A stretch of 64,000 bases of DNA, taken from the NCBI GenBank assembly GCA_043228905.1, contig JBHGNT010000001.1, positions 19,592,001-19,656,000 of the forward strand, in the 5' to 3' direction. This document shows positions 36,871 through 51,400 of this stretch, in pieces (the stretch's first letter is position 1; the number at the start of each line of letters is the position of its first letter). The DNA comes from Azolla caroliniana (Eukaryota > Plantae > Polypodiophyta). The notes under the pieces are model-generated. The model did no database searches and was not told where the DNA came from. It saw nothing but the letters and a program-made list of their open reading frames with translations. The translations under genes were made by a program, and so were the position numbers.

Positions 36871-38230
36871 TTAGCTACTACACTATAGAGACAAGCAGCA
36901 ATTTTATCTGTCAGTTTTCTCCATTCATCTGGGAGAGATGTATTGCAATCCCCCAAACAGACTGCAGCAATGTGACAAGCATATTGAAAATAAACGATAT
37001 GGTATGTGTGTTGGCATGGTTGTAGGTGTACCAACAGAGTAGCAGTTTTGCCCTCTACGCCTAAGCTGCAAGCGATGCAACATGCTTGAATAGTCAATAT
37101 ATCGTTGCCTGGTTCTCCTTCGTTTGGTAAGGGAGCAAGAATGTTGAGGTCCAATTCTTGTCTGCTCCTTACCATGCCCTCCACAAAATGTAGTTGCTTC
37201 TTAAGGAAACTAATTACCTGTTCTTGACAGGAGTATTGTTCTTAGAATGCAGCCGAGAAATTTACCGATTTATCATTCCTAAATGAGGCAGAAAGAACAA
37301 CAAGAATCATTAACTTACTTGGAGGCTCTCCAAATTGTAATCAACGATAGTATTATTACACCTAGAAGGTTCAGGTTCATTGAAAGAACTTGGATCTCTA
37401 TCTATAGTTGTATTTTTCCACTGGGGATCCAACGGCCCCTCAATTTCGAGCTCATGTTGAGGAACCTGTTCCAAATAATGCCTCACTAAGCACATTTTCA
37501 TGTACAAGTTATTTATAACATGTTACATACTAGCAAAACTAAAGCTACCTAAATCTTATTTCTGATTGTTGTCATTGCCAAAATGACTTTGCTCTCCATC
37601 ACAACACCCAATGTTGTTTTCTCTAAATCAGTCTTTTTCGCCTCCAATGTCTCACAGGCATCATGGACATTTTTCAACATATAGCTAATCAATGTCTCAG
37701 TTGTATCATCGACATTGGCTGTCATTGTGTTTCAGTGTAGTGTAAACTTGTGGATTTGTTGGGAGTTGGCAGTTGCATCATCAACTGCCATGCTCCAGAA
37801 TCTTGCCACTTTTTGTTGCAAGCTCCCCATCTTCCAATATTGTTCTATCAACGCCTCACCATAAATATCCCAAGCTACCCTGTACATTTCAGGGTTTGTT
37901 GCTTCCTTCGTGGTTTTGCAATACTTGTATGCAAAAGCTCCGACGAATGCAACGGACAACTCGTTGTTGACCTAGATCTGTTGATGTACTTTCTGGTGGA
38001 GCCTCATCGAGTCGTCATACAACTCTGATCGTACATGCTTGAGCTTCACCTTGCCTTTCACTCTAGACACTTTATACACTAACAACCAGTCTACATCACT
38101 AATCAATTTATCTTTTAGAATAGCAAGGTCAATACCCTCTAGCGACAGACCATATATATTGTTAAAGTCCTCCTTTGTCTCACAAACCTTTGCAAAGTTC
38201 AACACTCTAGGATATGGAGGAACAAGCCAC
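36867..38230 (-). pseudogene. Multi-exon RING-H2-like gene (copy 2), interrupted in an intron at ~38251
   Basis: Collinear with 1852-3190 (CIACSL..LQPCQHTYHIVY..CLGDC; WLVPPYPRVLNFAK). Confidence 0.65.
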
Positions 38231-39388
38231 CTGAAATAAAAAATCAATACATGTTGAAATCAGAAAATTCAACGGCAAAACTTTTGCCCTATGGAAGGAG
38301 ATGATGCAGGACATATTGATTATTTGAAGACAAGTCGAAGCTATTCGACACACCGAAAAGCCTGCCTCAATGACAACTGAAGAATGGAGATCTATGGACG
38401 ACATTGATCGCTCCACCATTCGAATGCACCTAGCCGAAAACGTCTAGTTCAGCATGGCAAAAGAGACAATATCGTTCTCACCGAGGACATTTGGCAAAAA
38501 TCGATGGGACTCACCATCGAAGAGTTGGTAGAAGCCTAATACTTGATTGAGTCGATCGAGAGAACAAGCCGACAGAACCAGTCGGTACACCAACTGATCA
38601 AGAACGAGGGGACATCGATAGAGGCCGAAGTCGAAAATGGGCTAAGCAAGTGAATTCTGCAAACATTGCAGAAAAGTTGGCCACAATGTTTCCGACTGCT
38701 GGTCGATCAAGAGGAAAGAGAGTGGTAGGCGATCCGAGCGAAATCAAGGACGAACCGACTCAGACCACTCTTCAGCTAGCAACCAAATCAACGTTGCCGA
38801 CACCCAATCAGAAGAAATTCTCTCCTTATATGATTCAATGATCGGAGGAGTCCTATACAGTACACAAGATGCACACACGTGGTTACTAGATTCCAGTGCC
38901 GCATTCCACGTGAACCCTAATATTGAATGGTTTTCGAACTATTCAGCCGACAGCAACGGCATAGTTTGACTAGGCAATGGGTAGGAGTGCAGAATCACAT
39001 CGACCAAAGAGGTTCCCATTTGATTGCCCAATGGCAACATGATCACCCTACACCAAGTCCGGCATGTACCTTATCTGAAAAGGAGTCTAGTCTCCATAAC
39101 CATGTTAGCCGAAAACGGGTACCGAACGACTCTGAGTGAGTCAACATGGATGATTAGCCGTGGAAATATGAAGATTGAAAGCGGGCACAAGTACAACAAT
39201 TTGTACTCAATGATGGCGATCAAATCGAGAAGGGGCCGTAAATGTAGTTGAAAAGACTGACCCGAACTTATGGAATGGCCAACTCGGCCATATTTCTCAA
39301 GTCAGAATCGATCGGCTGATGGCGTTCGGCTACATCCCTAAAATCCAAGCGAGGACGGACTTCTGCGAGCATTGTCAATACGGGACAC

Positions 39389-42300
39389 TGTAAAAAGAAT
39401 AGCGTGCGGAAGCAATAGAAAACAGAACGTAGGAAAACACATGTTTAATGGAGAGCTTGGACACACAGACAGTACGCCGGAGAGACAGAGAGACAACACA
39501 CAAAACTAAATTCAAAAATAATACTCAATCTGTAAATAGAATGTGCTCAGTGAGCACTTTTATACAAGTCCATATGGACTGACAGAAGTACTGACATGTA
39601 CTTCAATGCTAATAAATGAGCTCTACACTAACTCCCAAAATATATTCCTACGCGGAATATTTTTCCAATGACCTCACGGTTTACACACCGCTACGACTTC
39701 TTGCTGCGCACCGGTTTACACACCCGGATTACGCACCGGTCCGGCCTAACCGATCGATCCCAACCAATCTAGTTCTCGGCTTGCATAGCCGATCTGGCCA
39801 ATGTTGAGCTTGTATCTCAACACTATCCCTGAAGCTCAACTTGAGGTTCCATCCACTCTTCCGGATCTACGCTTTGGTTCCTTTTGGCTTCACGCCTTGC
39901 TCGCGCTCCTTGACCTGTTCGATTCCGCGTGCCTCGACCCTTCCGGTCAGCTTGCATGCTTGTGTGGCCCTTCTCAGCTCCCTTGCCATTGCGGTGTTGG
40001 CGCTTCTTCTGCTACCTTCTCTTCCGCTTGGCCCTCAGTTGATTCGGCGTATCCGAATCAAACATCTAAACTGACTCGGCTTCCTCTGATCGGTTTTCTC
40101 TTTCGTCCGAGTTGGCTGTCTCTAACTCATCTTCGGCCTTCTTGCCCTTGATGGCTTCGTCTCCCCCATGCTTGGTTGGCTTCGGCTCTTTCTTTTGATT
40201 GCTCCCCTTATGTCCGCTTTCAGAATCTTCCACAGATCCGCCCTCGGCTTCTTCAGCTGATCCGAAATTGAATTCGTCATCCGACTCGTTTCGCGGTCTT
40301 CCGGAACTTCTCTCCCCCTTCCGTGGTCATTCGGAACGTCTCTCCCCCTCAAGTTTGGCACGTTGAGGTGACGCAACTGAAGCGCACCCGAGAATTGCCG
40401 CAACTTGTCCAGACCAAGAGGCTTGGTGAAGATGTCGGCTGTCTGCCGATCCGTCGGAACATACTAAAGTTCGACTTCACTGGAGAGGACACGCTCCTGG
40501 ACGAAATGGTAGTGCACCTTAATGTGCTTAGTCCAAGCGTGGAAGATGGGGTACTTTGCTAGCTGGATGTTGTTGAGGTTGTCGCAGTAGATTTTGTTGG
40601 ATCAGATACCTCCACCTATAGATCCTTAAGTTGCCGCATCAACCATATGGCTTCGCATGTCGCGACAGCCGCTCCTCTATACTTGGCTTTAGTGCTTGAC
40701 AACTTAACTGGCAGCTACTTCTTGCTACTCCACGCGATCGCGGCACTCCCAAGAGAGAACATGAACCTGGACATGGATCAGCAATCAACGACTTTGCCGG
40801 CCCAATCGGCATCGGTGTAGCCTACCAAGTGCGGGGTTGTACCGGTCCGATAAAGTGTCCCCCGGTCCTTAGGGCCGCTTACGTACCGCAGTACGCGTTA
40901 CGCACACTGAAGGTGCTCCTCGGTAGATCACGCAATGAACTGACTAATCACCCCGACCGGGTTGCTGAGATCTGGTCGGGTGGTAGTCAAGTATATAAGG
41001 CTTCTGATTATCTGTTGGAACCTTGTCGGGAACCATACCTTTCCAGAATCAGGGCGAAGCTTGATGGTTCTATCCAGAGGAGTCGAGATGGACTTACAAT
41101 CAGCCATCCCGAATTTGAAGAGCATACTCAGCACGTAATGTCGTTGGTTGATCAGTATGCCTTCGGGGTGCAGATCACTACGATCCCGTGGAAGTAATGA
41201 AGGTCCCCCAGATCCTTCATGTTGAATGATGCTGCAAGCTGGAGCTTTACGTGGTCAATCTCACCTAGGTCGGTGTCGGTGATGACCAAGTCATGAACAT
41301 AAAGAAAAATACTAACCGGCCCGAGTCGACATTTCCGGATGAACAGTGAGGAGTCCGATTTTGACGTCGCAAAGCCCATCCCGATGCAATCGTTGCATGA
41401 TATTTGCGTTCCAGGCACGCGGGGCTTCTTCAACCGGCACACTGCCAAGGTGTTCATTCCGGAGTGAAATCCGGGGGGATGTACCATGTACACCTGTTCC
41501 TCAAGCTCACTTGCAAGAACACATTCTTTACATCCATTTGATGTAACTGCCACCCCTTCGCTGCAGCTACTGCGAGCAAAACGCGGACAGTCGTCATCTT
41601 CGCGACAGGCGCAAAGGTCTCGTCGTAGTCCACATTGTGCTTCTACGCGTAGCCTTTCGCTACTAAATAGGCCTTGTATCGGTTGACCGAGCCGTTAGTG
41701 TTGTACTTGACCTTGTACACCCACCTACATCCGATCGTCTTTTGCATCCAACTTCCTCAGTTTCTCCTTTGGCACATGCACATACGCAATGCTACCGAAA
41801 ACTCTCACGCGTCGTAGATTCGGCTTCCTTCCGAAATACAACTCATGCGCTGACACTTTGTCTACGATCCGATTCTGGATGTACACAACGGTTCGTACCG
41901 CTTCGGCCCAATAGAACTTGGGCAAGCTCCTTTCTTCCAGCATTGCCCACGCCACTTCTACAATCGATCGATTCTTCCTTTCGGCCACGCCGTTCTGTTC
42001 TGGCGTATATCTGCAATTGAATTCGCACCGAATTCCCATCTGTTGCAGATACCCGTTGAATTGACCAGAAAAGTACTCTTTTCCGTCATCCAACCGCAGA
42101 CACTTGATCTTTCTTCCTATTTCCCTTTCGACGAAACTCTTGAGGTCTTGGAAACAGTCGAAGACTTCACTCTTCTTCTTAATGAGGTAGATCCACGTGT
42201 GTCGCATATAGTTGTCGATGAAGGAGACAAAATATCGACTCGTGCCAAGACAAACGTTCTATGCCGGCCCCATACATCAGATCTGCACCATCTCCCCTTC

Positions 42301-43197
42301 CTCGACGTTCACATCGATGGAGGCTAAGGAGTCGCATATCTCTTTGATCTTCGAGGTGTAATCAGCCACCGACAAGTCGCGTTGTCATAAGTTGCTCAAC
42401 TCTTGTCGGAGTTGGAGCTTCGTGGCTGTGGTGGTTGTGGTGAAAATCTTCTTCAGATTTCCCCAAACATCTTTTGGCGTTTTCGCATCCCGAATGTAGC
42501 TTAGAAGTTGTTCACCCACACAAGACGCGAAGCAGTAGAGAACTCTACTCATTGATTGTTCCCAAGCTGGGAAGTCTTTGTGTGTCGAATCGGGTGCTGT
42601 GTTATTTGCTCTGTCGTCGTAGCTCCAGTAACTGTGCCTGAGCAGGTACTAATGCATCTTGTAAGAGCAAGACGCGTAGTTGTTTCTATCGAGCTTCTCT
42701 GTCGGAAGTGAAACTAGCCATGCCTCTATCCATTTTGTTTTTCCTGTTCTTTACGAAGGTTAGGTTCTCAACCCTCGCGCTCTGATACCATGTAAAAAGA
42801 ATAGCGTGCGGAAGCAATAGAAAATAGAACGTAGGAAAACACAAGTGTAATGGAGAGCTTGGACACACACAGTACGCGGGAGAGATAGAGAGACAACACA
42901 CAAAATTGAATTAAAAAATAATACGCAATCTGTTAATAGAATGTGCTCAATGAGCACTTTTATACAAGTCCATACGGACTGACAGAAGTACTGACACGTA
43001 CTTCAATGCTCATAAATGAGCTCTACACTAACTCCCAAAATATATTCCTACGCGGAATATCTTTCCAACGGCCTCGCGGTTTACGCATTGCTACGGCTTC
43101 TTGTTGCGCACCGGTCCGGCCTAACTGATCGATTCCAACCGATCCGGTTCTCGGCTTGCACAGCCGATCCGGCCAATGTTGAGCTTGTATCTCAATA
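39389..43197 (-). mobile_element. Inner Ty1/copia element with both LTRs, internally deleted
   Basis: 5' LTR 42791-43197, 3' LTR 39389-39822. PBS TGGTATCAGAGC adjacent to 42790. TSD GACAC/GAAAC. Gag, integrase (NGVAERKNR), RT and RNase H remnants. Confidence 0.93.
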
Positions 43198-44271
43198 GAA
43201 ACAGACCCGAAGTTCACACTCTCTCCACCAGGAGACTGTACAACAGTCCCTAGAGCTCGTGCACACACATATATGTGGCCCTATGCTAGTGCAATCACCA
43301 AGAAGCTCCCGGTACTTCATCACATTTGTAGATGACTATACACGGATAACCTGGGCCTACTCCATCAGGTCCAAAGATGAAGCATGCGAGGTCTTCACTC
43401 GGTGGACATCTGAAGTGGAGAACCGGTTGGGATACAAAGTGAAGACACTATGATCCAACAACGGAGGTGAATACACCTCTAGAGCCTTCAAGCAATACAT
43501 GTCTGACAAAGGGATCCGACATCAAAAGACCATTCCTAACACACCCATGTAGAATGGAGTGGCAGAACGGATCAACCGAACGATCCAGGAGAAGTTGGAA
43601 TTTTGGACCAAGGCATTGCAGACGACAGTCTAGTTGATAAATTTGTTGTCGTCGAAAGCAATAAGGCTCAAAGTCCCACAGGTACTATGGTCAAGAAAAC
43701 AATGGACCTACGATAGGCTCCATATATTCAGATGCAAAGCCTACACATTCATCCCCAAGGAGAAAAGGACCAAGTTGGCACCCCATGCAACGAAATGCAT
43801 TCTTCTCGGCTATGGAACCGATGGGGACTTCGGCTACTGGTTATGGTAACCTGAGAACCAGAAACTAATCTAGAGTAGTGACGTATTCTTCAATGAAGAC
43901 TCTAAACACATTCGCGTTCACAAGTGGAAGGATCGCACATAAATGGAAGGATAAGGAATATTTTGATGGATTTTAGTACTTTTCAATGATTTTACAAAAC
44001 ACATTGATACTAGTATCATACATGTTCAAATATACTATGAAAAAGGTTAAAAATCCACTATTTTCGTGATTTAGAAATAAATAAAAAAAGAGGAATTTCA
44101 AAAAGTTATATTCTCAATTTATATCACAAACTTTACAACTAATGTTATTTTATGAGAAACGATTTTTTAGAAATCATAAGAATTCAAAACACATGCTTTT
44201 ATATTACTCGATTTGTTACAAGCGGAATGTAGTTACACTTAATAGCCAAAAATACATTCATGATCACTCCT

Positions 44272-47200
44272 TTACAGAGAATCACTATAATAACTAATAT
44301 ACAATGACAATTCCTCCCCGTCATTCTCGGATGTACCAATCAATGCATTATCTTCATCATAAACCAAATGGTTTGACTGTAGATTATATGTAGCAGATCT
44401 TGTTTGCCCTTGACTCGAGGCGAATTGTAGAACTAATAATTTTTCTTTTATTATATCTATTGTTGACTTCCTTAATCGTCCGGCTTTTGTAAGCGTGAAG
44501 TCATACACGATGATATCCACATCAGAGATATCAAGGGTCAAGGTGTTACGAATGGTTTGCTTCCTCTTCCTACCTCCCCTTGTCGTTGGGCATTCAATCA
44601 TCTCCAATGTATACTTACCTGTAAAAGCATTTGCACTTCTAGAGTTGTACTAATGAACGTTTATAGACTTGATCGTGTTTTCTATTTCATGCATTAGCAC
44701 TTCTAGAATTTTACCAACCCAAAATTGGTGGCCATGTGAGTTCTCATCAACAGGCGTTGCAATCAACATCCCCGCCGCGAGCTCTTGCAAATTGCCTTGC
44801 CATCTAGCTTCGGCTGCTTTCGTCATCCTTGGTCCCATATAAATGTCTCTTTGTTGTGGATGAACTAAACTGTCATTAATCGTATTTGCTGGTTGCTCCG
44901 GAGTTTTATTGACATGATCATGTTGTAGCAACCATGTGAATGGCATTTCCAAATTCCAATTATCACCAAATACACAATTGTCTATAATTCCTTTCTGATC
45001 ACTAAAAAATACATCCCACCATGACTTGTCTTGTTGTGCGACATATTTCTTTGCGGCCTCAATATGCTTTCTTTTTTCTTCTAAGGCTTGGAGCCATAAT
45101 TGTTTTTGTTCCGATCCCAAGTCACTATGCAACTGTCCTTTCTTCTCAATTGGCATTTGTTTAGCTCCATAGACAATTGTACTCGGCATACAAAGTAATA
45201 ATTGGCAACGACCTTCAGTTTCCCATGTTGTAGAAGATGAATATTGTTTAGCATACAAAAGCGTAGAACCACTTATTTCATTTTTCTTTATCATAAAAAT
45301 GTGATTGAAGCTTATATTGTTTAACTAGGCGAGCACTTTAACATTCCCAACACCCCCATCTGATATATATCTCTTAAGGTCATATACCTCCTTCAAGTGT
45401 AGCACTTTTGGGCGTGGTTTATATGCATCACAAATGACATCAAATAGTTTTGGTAATGTGAAAGCATCATGCCGAGACAACTGTCTGGAGAATGTGCTAA
45501 ACATCTGATCTATATGATCATGTGTGTGGCCAACCAAAAGAAAATTGACTTTCACTTTTCTAAACAATCCCTGGTTGACCAACATACTTAGATAGCCAAA
45601 CACAGTTGAATTTTTGTTCTCTTTAGCAGTATTGTCCAATTGAATGTATAAAATAAGGGGGAACGGTTGGCCCCAAGACATCAAAACTCGGTGAATCATT
45701 GTAATTGTTAGGTTAGGGTCATTGCGAACATTGGGGTATGTAATGAAGACGTGAGGTCCAATAGACCTATTATAAGCCAAGAATCCCACCAAGTGCATTT
45801 GAACAAGGCACTCATCATTGATGTCTTTGGGGAGCCTCCGCATATGCGGCAAGCACGTCTTCTTCTGGTCCATGCCATCTATCATTAAGCACATGTATTC
45901 TTCGGGCCTCTTCAAACACTTCTCTCTATGATGCATCGCCTTCTTTCATTCTAACGATCGTGCCTCACGATGCTCATGAGGTAACTTCTTACTCATATCC
46001 TTTTCCATTGATGTCTTTGCACCTTTAGCCAAACTTTTAAGATTTGCACAAATGGAGCAATACCCCATGTGTACTTTACGCGGAATGCTAACATTTGAAA
46101 ACCGAGCTCTCCATAATCTTGTGAATTGGTTATATGTGACAGATTTATTACTTGAGCCCACCATATCTGATCGATAGACATCATAAACTTCCCAACATGT
46201 GTAATTATCGGAGAAGTGCATCCTACTTGTAGTGGGCATTACTTTACAATTTAACTAAAAGTAACTTTTCATCCATAATCTTGTGAATTGGCTATATGTG
46301 ACAGATTTATTACTTGAGCCCACCATATCTGATTGATAGACATCATAAACTTCCCAACATGTGTAATTATCAGAGAAGTGCATCCTACTTGTAGTGGGCA
46401 TTACTTTACAATTTAACTAAAAGTAACTTTTCATCCATAATCTTGTGAATTGGCTATATGTGACAGATTTATTACTTGAGCCCACCATATCTGATCGATA
46501 GACATCATAAACTTCCCAACATGTGTAATTATCAGAGAAGTGCATCCTACTTGTAGTGGGCATTACTTTACAATTTAACTAAAAGTAACTTTTCATCCAA
46601 CCAATAGCATGTCTTCCAATTGCACCTTTCATACTTGGAACCTCTTTACAATTGAGCATCTGATCCCCACTAAGTAGACTTTGTTGTACTCTATGTAGTT
46701 GCATGTTACTAACACATAACACAATTTTGAAGGCAACTCTACAGATCTGTTGCACATGGAAGATATAATACTCGAATGATACTTTGATCCCCATACATTT
46801 GTTAGACACTAGTTGCATATGTGACGCGAGGTAAGTGTCTTGCTCATCACCAGTCATTGAAAAATAGTATCGCCTTAATTCTTGCAACTTTGATTTTCCA
46901 ATCATAGACATACAAGCACGGGCAAAACATATTTTGTTGACATCAAATTCCAATTTGCTTATTTGATGTCACCAAGTTAAATCTGGCCATACGAATTCTA
47001 CGTGGGATTCTTCTAAGATGCATAGGGCTTCCAGATTTCTCTTCTTGCATAGAAGTTGGGGTAGCCTTGTTACAATCCAATTCTTTGTTGTCACCATCAC
47101 CCATGATATTCGATGTTTCATTAGCACTACCTTCATTCTCCGTATCTTTATTAATATCGTATTCTTCAATATAGAACTCTTCACATGTGTCATTATTCAC

Positions 47201-47383
47201 ATGTGTTTTAGCTGAAGATGAGCTCAGACAATACTCTTCGATAGAAATGGGTGAGTCTGTCGATAGACAATATTCGTCGATAGAAAATGGTGAGTCTATC
47301 GACAAACAATACTCTTCGGTAGATAATGAAGAGACTGATGTCAAACAATATTCTTTAATCGAGAATGGTGAGTCTTCACGCAT
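44272..47383 (-). pseudogene. Sola1-like DDE transposase (copy B)
   Basis: N-terminal 13-aa repeats; ICRVAF; TYNQFTRLW..F; CSIC..H; IDGMDQKKT; LYIQLDNTAKENKN; VGHTHDHIDQ; C-terminal FWVGKI..VH.Y. Several stops, one frameshift and an internal triplication. Confidence 0.88.
46110..46597. repeat. Three tandem 162-bp copies inside the transposase
   Basis: CCATAATCTTGTGAATTGG recurs at 46111, 46273 and 46435. Confidence 0.95.
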
Positions 47384-47879
47384 GGCTTAAGGTCCACACA
47401 GAGCTCTTCAAGTCATGTGCTTGGGCTAATATAAAAAATGATAAGCTCCGCTCTAAACATAAACTCTTCTCTAAACATAAGCTCCCTCAATATAATGTCT
47501 ATATTATTTAATATTATATTAACACAATAAAGAAATATATTATTTTTAATATAATAAATTTATCCAACATATTAATAATTACTTAAACTAGTCAGTATAA
47601 AGTCTATCAATTATATTTTATACCTTGTTAATCCTATAATATATAATTTAAATTAAATTTACTTTAGCCATCAAGTATAATATTACTAAATATATGGAGG
47701 CAAAAATATGTAAGTTTAATCCCAATCATTAGGGCAATAATATTCTCCACGTGTAGGCCTACTTGGTATTCCTAAACATTAAGTATATAGTATACATATA
47801 TTACATACATTAAATTTTTATATACATATTGTATATATTTACAATCATTACCAAGCCATATATATGTTGGTTTTAAAGT

Positions 47880-48215
47880 TAAAATCATTGGTTAATTAAT
47901 GGCACCATATTTAATATAGAACTTCTCAATCATTGGTTCATTCATGCCTATCATTTTAAATAGAAGCCTTTTCAATCATTGGTTCATTAATGGCCACATC
48001 TTTAATACAAAAAATTAGAGAGTCATAAAAATATTGCTTTGAGTATTCAATCATTGGTTCATTCGTGAACCTCTATCATTGTTTTATTCATGACCTTCAA
48101 AGGCAATAAAAACTAAAAAATAATCATTAATATGTTAGTTTGAGTATTTAATCATTTGATTCATCCATAAACATCATTTAATTAAAACCGATTAGAGAGT
48201 CATTGGTACATTCAA
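47880..48215. promoter_or_regulatory. Cluster of (C)AATCATTGGTTCATT motifs in the divergent intergenic region
   Basis: About 7 copies, three exact (47927, 47973, 48048), between the two inferred start codons. Function is inferred. Confidence 0.45.
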
Positions 48216-48466
48216 GATTATGTAGTAAATAAAGTGTACTAAGGTCTAAGACAAAAGTGTCCTAAGGTCAAAGAAACTCTCTCTTAGGTCTAACTAACTA
48301 ACCTTAAGCTTACCAACCATGGTTAAAGTAACTATGGTTACTTTAACTACAATGGTTAATCCCTATCAATAGGAAGACCCCCTCATTTCATGATCACTCA
48401 CGCATAGAACAGAGCACATAGAGCCCAGAGCACCCAACACTAATAGTCATCTCCCCGTTAGCATCG

Positions 48467-51400
48467 ATGACGAGAATCAAGTCTTCTAAGAAGAGCACGC
48501 GCCAAGATTCCAGGTAAGCGCCTGGTTGTACAAACCTTTTTTGTAAATATGTTTTAAGCACTCAAGAACTCGATACATGGTATCGAGTTCCTGTATAAAA
48601 CACTTTTATTAAATAAAAACTCGATACGTCCTATCGAGTTCTTGTTTAAATCCCCCACTTAAAATAGGAACTCGATATGCCGTATCGAGTTTCTGTTTAA
48701 TAGATACCAATTTTATGTCCAATTCAGACATTTTTGGTGACATTTGCTACATTTTGTAACATTTAGCTCCCTTATTGAAACAAGTTTTATGACCTATAAT
48801 AGCTTAAAATAATAGAAGATAACACATGAATTACCTTTATGATACCAAATTCAAACCTATCGTATTAAAATTCTCAACAATATGGGATATGGAATCAATA
48901 TAAACCATACCTACCCTCCAATATGATACATATCCTTGTAAAATTATTAAGATATATAATTTTTGAAGTTGAATAGCCCTTACTAAATTTAAATTCACAA
49001 GAAAGGTCTATCATGTTCATAGAAACTATGATTGATATTTGGAGTTTAGCACAAATCACATGCTAGTTTTGGTTTTGGTCTGCTTATGTATATTTTAATG
49101 GGTAACCTTAATCTAGGGAACCAACTAACTTATATTTTCGCACGTCCTTTCTTAAATAGGTCGTTTGAGAACTTGTCGAACCGACTTGTGAAGAAAATCA
49201 AGCTCCTAATTCAAGGCTCTCCATTTGAGACCCAGAAACAAATAGTTCCTCAGAACATAAAGAGAGGAAAAAAACTTCTCTTCAACATGGAGATTGTTGA
49301 GCGGAATTAGCCAAAAGGAAATGTTAGCTGCTACTGGTGGTGAGGACCTTCCTGGCCATGATCTAACGGACAAGGAATAGTGTATGCAGTATGTCGACTC
49401 CAAGAAAAAAGTCGTGGTGTATACAACAAAGAAGAAGGGCAACGGTTAGCTTGAAAAAGACACCGCATTTATGTATGGCCATATTTTACGATTTGACTAC
49501 GAAGATTTAGATTCAGCCAACATTCTTGTAATGATAGAGTGCTCGAAGGGGGTACATAAAGTGTACCTTTCTGAAGATCGACTAGTAAAGGAATCTCGTG
49601 GCCCAAAATCTTTTAAAAAAGATCTACAAAGCTCACAAAATCTTATTGTCACCTTGAGGCCTTATATACAAGGCCATGTAACTCTAAGGGAGCCATTTCC
49701 CTCCCCGCTGAAGGCCCCAAAAAGGGCATCTAAAGTGTAATCAACACCAGCAAAAATGAAGACCACTAAAATGTCGAACTCTGACTAATCAAGCTCAACC
49801 GAAGATGAGGACACTAGGGGGACGCCAGGTGTTGAACTAGCATCTACTGTGTTGTCATCCGAGCAGAATAAGATACGGAGAGAGTTAATGCAACGCAAAC
49901 TAGCGAGAAAAGGGCAAGTCTTTAATTTGCCTATAACACACATCCATCGGCCCCCAGTAGATGTAAAAACAGGACGAAGACCACTTGAGATCAGAGAGCC
50001 ACACCGAATGCATGTTCAGAATCTCAAGAAAAAAATGAAAATAAATATGCATGCTACAGTTGTGCCTTTCATTGTGATAGTAGATCCCGAAGAATGTTCC
50101 ATAACTGAGGACTTCGACGTGAGAAAGCATGATCAATACAATTACTTTGTAATTGGTGGATCACATTCGGCTGAACCACGCCGACAACTTATTAGAGAGC
50201 ACCCAACGACGTTCTTCTTCAAGTATGCCAAGTGCAAAATATATGTGGGCCTCACAACTGAAGAGGCAAAGCTTTTGGCATGGGACCACAACAACGACAA
50301 CGACTATAGGCAAAAAATATCATCTATTGAACGGATAAGGTTCTTCCACCATGAATACCTGGACGTCAAACAAAAGTTTGGTGTGAAGCTACACCTCGGC
50401 CTACGACATCAATGCCTTCATGAGGTCAGCATTGTGGTGGATGATAATGTAAGTCGGATGGTCTTCGGAAATATGAGTCCTGGTTTCAACTTGCCTTTAG
50501 AGATCCAGAAGTATGGGACCTACAAGATCAAATCTTCTCAATGTGGGAGAGTAAGGAGGTCAAGGGTCAACGACAAAAGAAATGTAAGGTAGACCCTCAG
50601 CAAGAATTAAAGTCACAAGCGGCCAAGAAAATTGATTTGACAATTGAAGCATCGGCTGACAACATGAAGTTGTCTCTATGGAGAGCGATGCAAGGTATTA
50701 AGGATGAGCAACTTCTTGTGTCTGTTTTGTCAAGGGTTGTGGCGAAAGAATTAAGCCTTGAAGAAATGGTCACTGAGTTCAATAAGTAAGTCTTTCAAAT
50801 AGTGATATTGAATTCAATATGGTACAATTGAAAGTTCTAATCTCGTTTTCTAATTTCACAGTCATAAGGTGTACATGAAGATCCAAGAAGTTATGATGAA
50901 ACAACTTGGATGTATAACTTGGGAACAAGTGACCGAGGATTATCCTCTAACGTCTTCATATAAGGCATTATCCGAGTATTTTATTGCATTCAAGGATTGG
51001 GTTAGTATTGGTGTTTTTCATTAAGTTTTCCTCATATGTAGAGGTTGTGTAATAATACTTGATGGCTTATTGCTTCTATTAGAAACCGTGTCGTGCCAAG
51101 AAACAAGGAGAAGTTAAGGATATACAGGATTTCTCGACATCCTTCCTTGCACATCTCAAGAGAGCTAGAAAAGAAAAGGATCGTCGCTTAGTCAAGGCGT
51201 ACGAAATTAAGGAAGATGGCTCCTTCAAAAAATTTAGCCACAAAAAGGACATTACTAGAGATCTTTACTACAATGTGATATGCGGCGATGTCATTGACAT
51301 GATCCAAAAAGAGCCAAAGAAGGAATATATGCTAATGATTGGTGATATTCCATACGGATTTCAAATGGCAGGGTCATCATACGACGATAGGTTCAAACAA

